Shown: positions 50,075 to 59,427 of the stretch, one piece after another
Position numbering within the stretch: the stretch's first letter is position 1
Layout of the letters: every line of letters begins with the position of its first letter
Assembly (NCBI GenBank): GCA_963764975.1
Contig: CAVXUF010000002.1
Coordinates: 467,809 to 531,808 of the forward strand
Reading direction: 5' to 3'
Length of the DNA stretch: 64,000 nt
DNA from: an uncultured Chloroflexia bacterium
GTDB lineage: Bacteria > Chloroflexota > Limnocylindria > Limnocylindrales > CSP1-4
The notes under the pieces: model-generated
Told to the model about the DNA's origin: nothing
What the model saw: only the letters and a program-made list of their open reading frames with translations
Databases searched by the model: none
Made by a program: the position numbers and the translations under genes

Positions 50075-50346
50075 GGGACGCCCAGATAGGCTTTGAGCGC
50101 TGCGGCCTTGTCCTGAAGGAACGAGATGCCGTCGGCCGACCGAGCCATGTAGCGGCTGATGGCGTCATCGACCTCGCTCCACTCCTCGGAGAACTGTTGG
50201 TAGCGCGAATCCTGCCAGCCTTCGCCCAGCCGTGCGAATTCCGTGTTGCACCGCTCCATGCTCTCGGCTAGTTCCATGTTGAACACGCGGACCTCGCGGA
50301 GGAACGCCTCGAGTAGCTCGAGATCCACATCAATCCCGCCCGACAT
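50071..50346 (-). CDS. WXG100 family protein
   Basis: 91 aa; VDLELLEAF...LGEGWQDSRYQQF...FLQDKAAALKAYL; GAGG RBS. Confidence 0.8.
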   Translation of the reverse strand: MSGGIDVDLELLEAFLREVRVFNMELAESMERCNTEFARLGEGWQDSRYQQFSEEWSEVDDAISRYMARSADGISFLQDKAAALKAYLGVP

Positions 50347-50374
50347 ACCGCCTCCTCTAACTGTCGTCCCGCGC

Positions 50375-50807
50375 CTACCGTTCCCACCACCCGACTTGGC
50401 CGGCCTTCTCCTGAAGCTGTGCGCGGGCGCCGGGACACGTTGCATGGAGCTCCTGCTCAAATCGACTGGACGACGTGGCGAGGCCATCGGAAGCCGCATA
50501 GGCTCGCCGCTCGAGCGACGTTGCGATATCGAGAATTCGTCTGAGCCTCGTCGCGCGCGGCAACCAGCGCGTAGCAATCCACCTCGCCCCCGCTCGCGAT
50601 TGCTGCCGCCTCGCATTGGCGGAGCTCAAGCTGACGCGCCTCGACCTCTCGCAGCCAGTAGGCGCGCCGCTCTCCCGTGAGTTGGACCACGGCTCCGACT
50701 GCCTCCCGTGCCTCTGCGACGGCACCGGCGGATCGTTCTTCGAACCGGCCGATCGAACCGGCAAGGTCTCGCGCGACTTCGCCACCCGAGATGCGTCCAT
50801 TCCACAT
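50375..50807 (-). CDS. coiled-coil hypothetical protein (apparent +1 frameshift near 50534)
   Basis: MWNGRISGG...EAQTN joins LDIATSLERR...GWWER if one T is removed. Confidence 0.55.
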
Positions 50808-50811
50808 CAGA

Positions 50812-51084
50812 CTATGCCTCGTAGTCTCGGGCCTCGGCGAGGCGCGAACGGAGGTACTCGACATAGCGCTCGGATCGCGCGAGGTAGTGCTCGATAACAG
50901 GGTACGTCTCGTCCCAGTCGCTCAAGAACCGCATCGCCTGCGGATCGCGCCAGGCCGACAGAAGCTCGGCCCACGCCCCGTTCAGGTTCGAGGCACGCGC
51001 CTGAAGATCCGTGTTGTAGGAAACGAGGGTCGAGATGAACGCACTCAGCGCGTCGGGATCCCTCAGGGTCCCCCTTGTGCTCAT
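50812..51084 (-). CDS. WXG100 family protein
   Basis: 90 aa; DPDALSAF...LLSAWRDPQAMRF...YLRSRLAEARDY. Confidence 0.8.
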   Translation of the reverse strand: MSTRGTLRDPDALSAFISTLVSYNTDLQARASNLNGAWAELLSAWRDPQAMRFLSDWDETYPVIEHYLARSERYVEYLRSRLAEARDYEA

Positions 51085-53938
51085 GTCACTTCCCTTTCTG
51101 TAGCTGCTTGACGATTGTCCACCGCGTCAGGCTGTCGTCGCCCTCTGAGCCGCGTTGCGATCCTCGCCCACGTTTCCGAGTCTGGCAGTTCATAAGGCTT
51201 GAACTTCACCGGTCGATGGGCACGGACATCGTCTTTGAAGAGTGCCCGCTCAGCCCCGAGGCGACCGGCTGCCGGGATCTGGAGATAGGCGTTCGACTCA
51301 GAATCTGGCATCGGCAGGGCGACGCGCAACCCGAAGGCCAGGGTGGCCTGCCTCTGGACAAGACGCTCGAGGTTCGTGAAGACGGCCGACCATGCGAATA
51401 TGTGAACGCCAACACCCGGCCCATCGTTCACCACGTCTAGGAATGCCGCGGCAGCTCCGGCGGCCTTGCCAAACCGATCCGTCTCTCGCAAGGCGTCGAG
51501 CCTGTCAAGGCCCGGGATGACCACGATCTTCGAGCGCCCTGCCGCGCCGGTCCTTCGGCTGGCGACAACCTCGGCCAGGTCGCCGAACAGGTCGCCGACT
51601 CCTGACATGGGCAGTGTCGCCACCTCGTGCGGCACAGTCTGGCCGAGCTCGTCGAAGATCTTGCTCCATGCGTGACCTCCCGTGCTCGCCTGCACAATGG
51701 CCAGGTCCAGCTCGTCGACGCCGCCGTCTGCGCACGCGCCGATAAGCGCCGAGCACAAGATCGCATGGGCAAGGCGCTCATCTTGCCCAGCGATCAGAAG
51801 ATTCTCCCTTGGCATCCTGGCGAGAGTCGCGGCGAGGTGTGGGCCGATCTCGATAGGCTCGCCGAGCCAGAGGCGGGCGCCATCGATTCCGTACCCAGAG
51901 TCGCTGGCAAGAGACTTCCCGAGGTCTACGTTCTCGCGAAGTCGCGCGGGGGCGCTGGAGGAGAAGACGTATGGTGCCCAGGATCGCGCGGCGCCGGCCT
52001 TTCCTAGCTGCCGAATCTGAGCGATCCGCTGTCGCCGTTCCTCCGGTTCAAGCATGGCCACCCGCAACATGACATTGCGGGTGGCATCTCCACCGGCGTC
52101 GTTGTACACGGCCTCGCCCGACTTCTCGAGCGACGCAGCAGCCGCGTTGTTGTCGCCCAGGATGAGGCGAGCGTCGGCATCAGCGATGGACAGGGCGATA
52201 CGGAGGCTCACGGAGATTCATGGCCGAGCGGTTGCTGGTGAAACTGCTCGCTGGTGTCTGGCTGCTCAGAAGCACGTGGATACCGAAGCCCCGCCCGCGC
52301 TTGATGAGGTCGGCGAGCTGCGTGGTCGCCGCGGCCGTCAGGGTCGGATCGCCCCCGTCGCCGAACAGGATCTGATACTCGTCGAGGACCAGGAGCACGC
52401 GCGCCATCGGCTGGCCCGTCGAAGCCCGGTAGGCCTTGATCGTCTGTGTCTGAGCCTGCCGGAAGAGCACCCCGCGACGCGCCAGCTCCTGCCCGATCGC
52501 GTTGAGAACGCTCAGACCCTGCTCGGGATCGCTTTCCAGGCCGATGGCGCGGGCGTGCGGGAGCCCTCCGCGCGCATAGTCCTGAAACTCGACTCCTTCC
52601 TTGAAGTCGAGCAGGTAGACCTCCAATTCATCTGGGGAGTAGGCGGCCGCCAACTGGACCAGTAGTACATGAAGGAGGTTGGTCTTGCCCGAACCCGGGA
52701 GACCACCGATGAGTCCGTGGTGCACGAGGCCCGAGCCGATGACGAATTCGTGGGGCTGACCTCTGGCGTCCGTGCCGATGACGGCCCGAAGCCCATCGCT
52801 TGAGTCCGATTTCCACAACTGGTCTGGCGGGATCGCCACCCTCGCAAACGGGACCGTCTCGTCGGCCTGGGCGTCAGCTCCGTGCCCGGCGACGTCAAGC
52901 AGACGATCCAGCACGGCATCGCTTGGCGACTCATCCAGGCGCACGCGATATCGGCCCAAGTCCGGCTCGTTCCAGGAAGCCATCCCTCCACTGTCAACCC
53001 GCAGCGTCCAACATCTTGCCGATGCCGCCGCGAGGTCGAGAGACCGAGGCAGCTGACCACCGGTCTGGTGCACGGTCGCGAGGACGATCGTTCCAGTGCG
53101 AGGCCCATTCTCTATAAGTCGGAACAGCGACGCCGCGGACGTCTCAGAGAAGCCCGCCGGGTAACCGACGACCGCCACAAACTCGTACCTAACGCGCTGC
53201 ACGCCGGGTTTCCGGTTGTGGTCCTCGATCGATGCGCTGTTCAGCAGCTGGTTTTGCGTCACTGCCTCAACGTGGGACAGAAGGCGGCTGAGCTCGGACT
53301 CCAGCTCACGTGCGTCCGAGTAGACCTTGTCGCGACGAACTTGGGTGGGCAGGCGTAGGTAGGTCTTCAAATTCTGGCCAAGGCCCGCGGGGTCAATCAG
53401 GGTCAGCCGGTAACTCCCCGGCGGCACAGTCCCCACGATCCGAGCGAGGACGCTCTTGAGCGACTGGGCGGCGAAATCGGAAGCATTGGCGTCGGCAAGC
53501 CAAAGGATGGGCCGGCTCGCAAACAGCGGCAGGAGCGCCGGTGCAGGCGACCCGACCCGGGGCACATCTATGGCGCCGACGCGGATCGAAGCCGGCAAGC
53601 GACCGGGCTGGGAGCCGCCGGACAGCGGCCACTGCGACGACCAGGGTTCTGCGATTGCCCCGAGGAACGCGATGGCCTCCCTTATCGGTCTGACGACGTC
53701 GCGATCGATCAGACCCTGGGCTCGCTGACGCTCCTGATCAACCTCCTGCTTGGCCTGCTGCTCGCTCGCCGCGATCGCTCGTCTTGCCGCATCGCGGCTG
53801 CGGGTCGAATTCCTGCTGAACGTCCCGAGCTGCCGCTTGCCGCTCTGTGGCCGCCTCAGCTCTGGCGAGGTCGATCAGCGTTTGGAGGTGAAGGTATCGA
53901 TCGAGTAGAGCATCGATAGCCCTGCGTTCAGTGCCCAT
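51081..53938 (-). CDS. FtsK/SpoIIIE (EssC/EccC-like) multi-domain ATPase, split by two apparent +1 frameshifts (~53803, ~52212)
   Basis: HGLIGGLPGSGKT, YSPDELEVYLLDFKEGVEF, LVLDEYQ, GRGFGIHVLLSSQT; degenerate third domain (NLLIAG, GPGVGVH, FKPY); no TM helices. Confidence 0.85.
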
Positions 53939-54114
53939 TGCCTCGCGGTGCCCCTCCGCTCGATCGAGGCGTGTCGCACGAGGACAGGATCATCGTCTGT
54001 CCGCCGGTCAGCGCGCGTGCAGCCATCCTACTAAATCGGGGCCGAGTCAATTGCTCTGACCGGCTGGTCCGCGCATCACGCCTGCCCGTCATGCGGCGCC
54101 TGAACCGACCCACG

Positions 54115-55653
54115 TCAGGGCATGCCGTTGTTCGTCCACCACGTCGTGAGGGCCTTGATCGAGTAGCCCTTCTTGGCGTTCAGCACGCCGTACACCAGTC
54201 TCCGCTCATCGGTCCACCGGATGGCTGCGTTCCCATCGAGCTTCTTCAGGTAGCAGATGGCGCGCCCGCCCGCCCAGGCCGTTTCCCCAGTACCACCGGC
54301 AATACAGGAACCCGAGTCCTGTTCGACGCCAGACTGCGCAGCGATTGTCTTTGATCGGAACGCATACCACGCAGATAGGGCTTCGGTGCTTGTGAACTGG
54401 AAGAAGGCGATGTCCTCCAGCTTTGAGGTCGGGTTCGCGCAATCGATCACGGCGACGTCCCCAACAGGGTCGTTGACGCTCTCGTCCTTCGCATGATCGA
54501 CCGTGGGGTCATTGGGGCTACACGCTGCGCGCCATGCCGGTGCCGCCAGCTCAAGGAGAGCCTGCTGTTCGGGCGACATTAGTGGCCCGTCGCCGGACTC
54601 GAGATAGAGCGTGTGGTTCCACCAAAGATCGACAACCGACGCAAGTGATGTGGCCGTCGAGCCGGACGCGGTACCGACGACGCTCGACCGCGAGTCGAGC
54701 CACGACACGCGTGCCGGCTGCCCTGCTGCGCACGAGACGCGCCCGTAGGAATACTCGACTTCGCCGGGCTGCCCGTTCCAGCAGCCAGCCGTGCCGACGG
54801 CCACGCCGGCCGCGGACTGCAGGGTTTCGTAGCGGGCCTGTGCCTTTGTGGCGTCCGGGAAAAGCTCAATGACGAAGGCGACGTGAGACTTCGAGCATCT
54901 GACCGCGACCACAGCACTTTCGGCTACGTCCGTCGCATCGCCAGGCGCTACCGGGACACAATCGGCGGGTCCCATTCGGGCTGACAGGGCGCTCATCAAA
55001 GTCGCGACAAGAGCTGGCGCTCGGGATGAAGAGGGGGTTGCGACGGCCACCTCGCCGGGCGCGCCTGAGGAGGGTGCCGCCGCTGCGCTGCCACCACCCG
55101 AGGACGTAGGCGGAGATCCGTTTGCCGAACTCGGAGCAGCCTGCGGGCGGATCGTGACAGCAGCCAAGATCGCGACTATCGCGATCGATGCGCCGACCGG
55201 GACGACGAGCCGTCGTGACGGCCGGCGTGGTTCATCCGTTGTAGCAGTCGTGGAGTTTGCGCCGGCGACACTCGCGACACGCGCAGCTGAGACATGGGAC
55301 GGCTCCGCGGTCAGCGAGGAGGAGGGCAGCGTACGGGCGTTGAATGACGTGTCGATCCCAAGCGCCGCGGCCCATGCCCCGACGGCCCAGCTGGCGGGAC
55401 CTGGAGCTATGCCCTCAGCATCTTCGAGCCTGCCCGACAGGGCTGGCACAAGGACGTGGATTTCGGCTCCGGAAGCCTCGAGTAAAGCGCGAGGAATGCC
55501 CTCTCGAGCTGCCGCTACCAGGACCGCAACTTCCTTGCGGTGCCCGGTGGCGAGGTCGCGGAGGAGAGCCTCGAGTCGACGAGGATCGTCTGACACCTCT
55601 GTCCCGAAACGCTCCACTAGGATTGCTAGGACATCTGTGGCCGCATCGTTCAC
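54115..55653 (-). CDS. shared N-terminal domain protein 2: TM helix plus two Cys-rich extracellular domains
   Basis: Shared N-domain; VPVGASIAIVAILAAV TM; duplicated C...G.C..G..GE....GR..C...W.D. Confidence 0.8.
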   Translation of the reverse strand: MNDAATDVLAILVERFGTEVSDDPRRLEALLRDLATGHRKEVAVLVAAAREGIPRALLEASGAEIHVLVPALSGRLEDAEGIAPGPASWAVGAWAAALGIDTSFNARTLPSSSLTAEPSHVSAARVASVAGANSTTATTDEPRRPSRRLVVPVGASIAIVAILAAVTIRPQAAPSSANGSPPTSSGGGSAAAAPSSGAPGEVAVATPSSSRAPALVATLMSALSARMGPADCVPVAPGDATDVAESAVVAVRCSKSHVAFVIELFPDATKAQARYETLQSAAGVAVGTAGCWNGQPGEVEYSYGRVSCAAGQPARVSWLDSRSSVVGTASGSTATSLASVVDLWWNHTLYLESGDGPLMSPEQQALLELAAPAWRAACSPNDPTVDHAKDESVNDPVGDVAVIDCANPTSKLEDIAFFQFTSTEALSAWYAFRSKTIAAQSGVEQDSGSCIAGGTGETAWAGGRAICYLKKLDGNAAIRWTDERRLVYGVLNAKKGYSIKALTTWWTNNGMP

Positions 55654-56035
55654 CCATCCCTCCGGTCAACCGGGCACCCGGCGGGTGCGACGACCGGGGG
55701 CTCCTGCCGCACGGCGATCTGGCAACCCTTCAGGATTGTCCGAGATTATGCCACCGCGGAGTGTCATCGTGACATGGCCTCGTGGCCCGACCGCTAGCCA
55801 CACCACCTGACGTCTTCGGACTGTGACTTGCCGCAGCCGTTGGTTCCATGCGCTCCAATTCAGCTTGGTCCGCGCCGAAGGTAGGAAGGTTCCACCCGCG
55901 TCGACAGCCGCCAACTTGCCCGACATCATCATGCGCAGGGCTGACGCGAAGTCATTCGGCCGGACCTCCAGCAGCAGCCCCGCAGTGATGACTCCATGGG
56001 GGCGGCAGCAGCTTGTGCTCCCTTGGGAATCCGAC

Positions 56036-56848
56036 TCAGGCGGCGATGATCTGCAACGGTACCGCTGTCACTGTGCCCTCTTGGATCAGCCAACCCGACA
56101 ATCCCGGCACAGGCGCCAATGTCGCGAAAATGCGAAGGGCATCGGGGTAATGGTGGAGACTGATGTCCATGGAGCTGGGTCGGGACCAGGTTCCTATCGG
56201 ATCAGTTGAGTAGATGGCCCAGAACACCTCATCCCGATCGTCTATTTCGATCGACGCGGCTAGCAGAATTTCGGGATCAATTTCAAAACGGCTCGGGCTC
56301 ATGGCCCTATTCCTTGACGGGTAGATGCGCGTCGCGATTCCACCCGTCTGGTATGGAGCATTGCCGATGACCAAGCCACACGCGGCGTTGGGGAACGCCT
56401 GTCTTCCCGCATCGAGAATTGCTTGGGCAAGGTGTCCGGGAAGGTAAGCCGCCCCCACGGCAATGGACCTTGAGGCTGTTTGGTCCGAGTGGCCGCCCTT
56501 CGAGTCTGCTGGCGCGGGTGTCAGGCTCGCGGGCCCCCCAACGAAATCTAGGCCGAGGGCAAAGGCCCATGTGTCGATCGCCCAGCTGGCCGGTTGCTCG
56601 GCAACTCCTGCCTCATCCCGCAGACGTCGCGTGAGCCGCGCGATGAGAAGCCGATCTCCCCGGCCACCCGCCATCGTGAATTCCGCCACCACGCCTTGCC
56701 GAACTGCGGTGACGAGAACCGCTATCTCGAGCCGGTCCCTGCCAGACAAATCCCGCAGAATCGCCTCGACGAGGCGCGGGTTATTGACGAAGTCCGTCCC
56801 GCGGTCGACAACGATCCTTCGCAGGACTTCCCGGACCTCGTCGTTCAT
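56036..56848 (-). CDS. shared N-terminal domain protein 3: JAB/MPN (Mov34) domain, catalytically degenerate
   Basis: FPNAACGLVIG...SRNRAMSPSRFEIDP...AIYSTDP...RPSSMD (canonical PNEACG/HSHP/PSxxD). Confidence 0.75.
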   Translation of the reverse strand: MNDEVREVLRRIVVDRGTDFVNNPRLVEAILRDLSGRDRLEIAVLVTAVRQGVVAEFTMAGGRGDRLLIARLTRRLRDEAGVAEQPASWAIDTWAFALGLDFVGGPASLTPAPADSKGGHSDQTASRSIAVGAAYLPGHLAQAILDAGRQAFPNAACGLVIGNAPYQTGGIATRIYPSRNRAMSPSRFEIDPEILLAASIEIDDRDEVFWAIYSTDPIGTWSRPSSMDISLHHYPDALRIFATLAPVPGLSGWLIQEGTVTAVPLQIIAA

Positions 56849-57083
56849 CTTCGCGATGCCCGAGAGCGAGTCAGTTCGTGCGCCGTCGATGCGAGTTGCC
56901 GAAGTTTGGGGTCGGATCGAGGCATCGGGAGGGCGGCCAACGAGGGGCACCAGGCTGCCAGGCTGTCGACTGGGCAAGATGACGACGAAGATGCCGGTTG
57001 CGGCGTGCTCGGCCTAAAGCCACTCGTTTCGAAACGGGCCACGTCTCGCCCGAGCAAGCGTCGTCGAGGGAAGCACCGCACCG

Positions 57084-57377
57084 TCACTTCTGCTTGATCT
57101 CGCGCTTGATCGGAACGCAATACTGGTCGACGCGAACGGTGTTGCGACGGAAGCCCACAACCTGGAAGCTGATGCGATTCTCGCGAAGTAGCCCTGATTC
57201 ACTCGTATCGCAATCGGCAACCCAGCCATCACGCCTGCGATCGATTAGTTCCTTCTCCACCTCAAGGTGGATGTCACTTGCGGCCAGAAACAGCGCCGTG
57301 GCCGCATCCCGACCCCCGTAGTCGGTCTGCAATCGCTTGAGGATGGTGCCGTATTCCCAGAAGTTCTCCCGTTCCAT
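57084..57377 (-). CDS. small hypothetical protein
   Basis: AGGAG RBS; 97-aa ORF in the same operon. Confidence 0.5.
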   Translation of the reverse strand: MERENFWEYGTILKRLQTDYGGRDAATALFLAASDIHLEVEKELIDRRRDGWVADCDTSESGLLRENRISFQVVGFRRNTVRVDQYCVPIKREIKQK

Positions 57378-57408
57378 CGGCGAACACTCCTACGCCATGT
57401 CTCACAAC

Positions 57409-58485
57409 CTACTTCTTCTTGAAGTCAACCATGCTCGCAAGCGAGCGCCCATACTTTTCGAGCCGCTCGAACCGAGATGCCCCAAGGCGACCGATCAGCA
57501 ACTGGCGCTCTTGATCCGCAATCTGATATCCGCGTCGAACAAGGACGAGCTTGGTCATCAGTGAATCCAGAAGCCGGTCCTCGAGCTTGGCTTCGAGCAT
57601 GGGCGATCCGAGGACTCTCTGGACCTTCGCTGGGCTCATCACGTCGCAGAAGCCGAGCAGCTGTCCCAAGCCGCCCATGCAGTAGGCCGCCAGGTCACCG
57701 GTGATGAGCTCGCCATCGCGGTAACGCGCCCACCGCGAGAGTCTGAAGTACTCGGCGACCATCTCGATGTCGGCGTAGGCAGAAAGCAGCTCGCGGTCTT
57801 CGGCCGTGAGCATCTCCCACGACGATGCGTTGGAGTAAAGGTTGCTGAACAGTCTCTTTGCGATTGCCTCGGCCTCGTCGGTGACCTCGGCGCGCGCGGC
57901 GGTCCGGAGTGTCTCGAACTCGGCCTCGAGGCCAGGCGGATAGGAGGCCGACGGCTTAGCGATCGGCGGTTGAGCGCCCGCAGTCGCGGGTGGCTGGCGC
58001 ATTCCGGCCACGCTTTCCGCGGCTCCAGCAGCCACGCCGCACCGCACGCAGAACCGAGCTCTGGCCGGGAGTGGTGCCCCGCACTGTGAACAGAAGGCTG
58101 CGTCGCCCGATGGACCGCCGGCCGAGGCCGGAGCAGGGGGCGCAGAGGCATCGGCTATCGCGCCGGGACCCGCCGCAGAAACGGGGATGCCCAACGCCTG
58201 ACCCCACGAACGTACCGCCCAGACTGCGGCCTCATTCGTAAGGGCGTAATGCTCCTCGAGGCGACTCGCGAGCGCCGCAACGAAGACGCCGCCGGCATTG
58301 GCCGAGCGCGCCGCGAGGTCGGTCGGGATGCCGGCCCGGGCCGCTGTCACTAGGACGGAGATTTCGCGGCGATGCTCGCTGGCTAGGTCCCGCAGCAGAC
58401 CCTCCAGGCGGGGCGGGTCGTCACCGATCTCACGTCCGTAGCGGGAGACGATGGTGCCGAGGACACCTACGATGGCGGCGTTCAT
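57409..58485 (-). CDS. shared N-terminal domain protein 4: zinc ribbon plus unknown helical domain
   Basis: Shared N-domain; FCSQCG...FCVRCG; start 6 nt after TAGGCT. Confidence 0.8.
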   Translation of the reverse strand: MNAAIVGVLGTIVSRYGREIGDDPPRLEGLLRDLASEHRREISVLVTAARAGIPTDLAARSANAGGVFVAALASRLEEHYALTNEAAVWAVRSWGQALGIPVSAAGPGAIADASAPPAPASAGGPSGDAAFCSQCGAPLPARARFCVRCGVAAGAAESVAGMRQPPATAGAQPPIAKPSASYPPGLEAEFETLRTAARAEVTDEAEAIAKRLFSNLYSNASSWEMLTAEDRELLSAYADIEMVAEYFRLSRWARYRDGELITGDLAAYCMGGLGQLLGFCDVMSPAKVQRVLGSPMLEAKLEDRLLDSLMTKLVLVRRGYQIADQERQLLIGRLGASRFERLEKYGRSLASMVDFKKK

Positions 58486-58883
58486 CGTTTCAGCCTAGCC
58501 CCCTGAGCAGCCGGATCTGCGGGTGCCGATGATTTCGAGATGCCCCGCGCAACTGATGCCCCGCCGCAACTCTGGGCCCGAGCGGCCCGCACGCAGATGG
58601 CCCGCCCAGGTCCGACTGAGGATGTCATCAGGCCGGAGATCGATCACGCGTACCATGCTAGTCCCGGCTCCTCCTGGGAGGGCTCGCCTAGCGTTTCCGG
58701 GCGATTCTCTCGGACGCTGGAGGCCGGTGCAACAGTCGCGCCGGTAGGGCAGCTCCAGCTCAGCGACCTGAAGAGGAGGATCCAGAGACGGTCCTCGACT
58801 GCGATCCAGGGGGCGGAGTGCGCGTAGCCGTCGTACACATCGAGGCGCTGAGCGACTTCACGGTGGTTTCGATGGCACCGCGC

Positions 58884-59267
58884 TCACGCCGTGCGGCAAT
58901 CAGGACATCGGTCCATGGTCGCCTGAAAGGTCGCCATGTCGGGCCGGCGAGCCGACCAGAGCGCCTGGACGAAGGGACCGAATGGCGGCAAGTTCCGGCC
59001 GGCCAGGCGGAGTTGATCGAAGGCTTTGGACGAGGATGGGGTCCCTGCGATCAAGGCGAGATCGAGCGGCGTGAGCCGGTAGCTCGAATGCGCCATGTTC
59101 TCGCGCTTGAGGTCGTTCGTGAATCGGCTCCGAACCGAGTTCGGCTTGATCCCCAGGCGAGGCGCCCACTTGCGTTCCGCGTGATGGGGCAGGTACCCGT
59201 CGTGGGCCGCGTAGTCCCGGTCTAGCTCGTCCCTGACGGCCTGCCAGGTCATTCGAAACGGTGTCAT
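58884..59267 (-). CDS. hypothetical HTH-like protein ending in CxxC (resembles 33145-33660)
   Basis: LGIKPNSVRSRF...LTPLDLALI...CPDC. Confidence 0.45.
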   Translation of the reverse strand: MTPFRMTWQAVRDELDRDYAAHDGYLPHHAERKWAPRLGIKPNSVRSRFTNDLKRENMAHSSYRLTPLDLALIAGTPSSSKAFDQLRLAGRNLPPFGPFVQALWSARRPDMATFQATMDRCPDCRTA

Positions 59268-59427
59268 CGGATCTGTCTCCAAGGCTTCGGTGTCCCGAGC
59301 CAAGCAGCTCCGGATCCCCTCCAACGTCCATCCCTTTCCCAGAGGACGCAAGGGGGTCTGCTCAAATCCCCAAGCCCAAGACGACTTCCGGGGCCGGCCA
59401 GGACGAGGGGTGCTCATACTTGCCCCT

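Noticed and set aside
55660-56030. Intergenic gap inside the shared-domain cluster as a hidden gene or RNA
   Set aside because: Only short ORFs with no motif; no repeat or structure I can support
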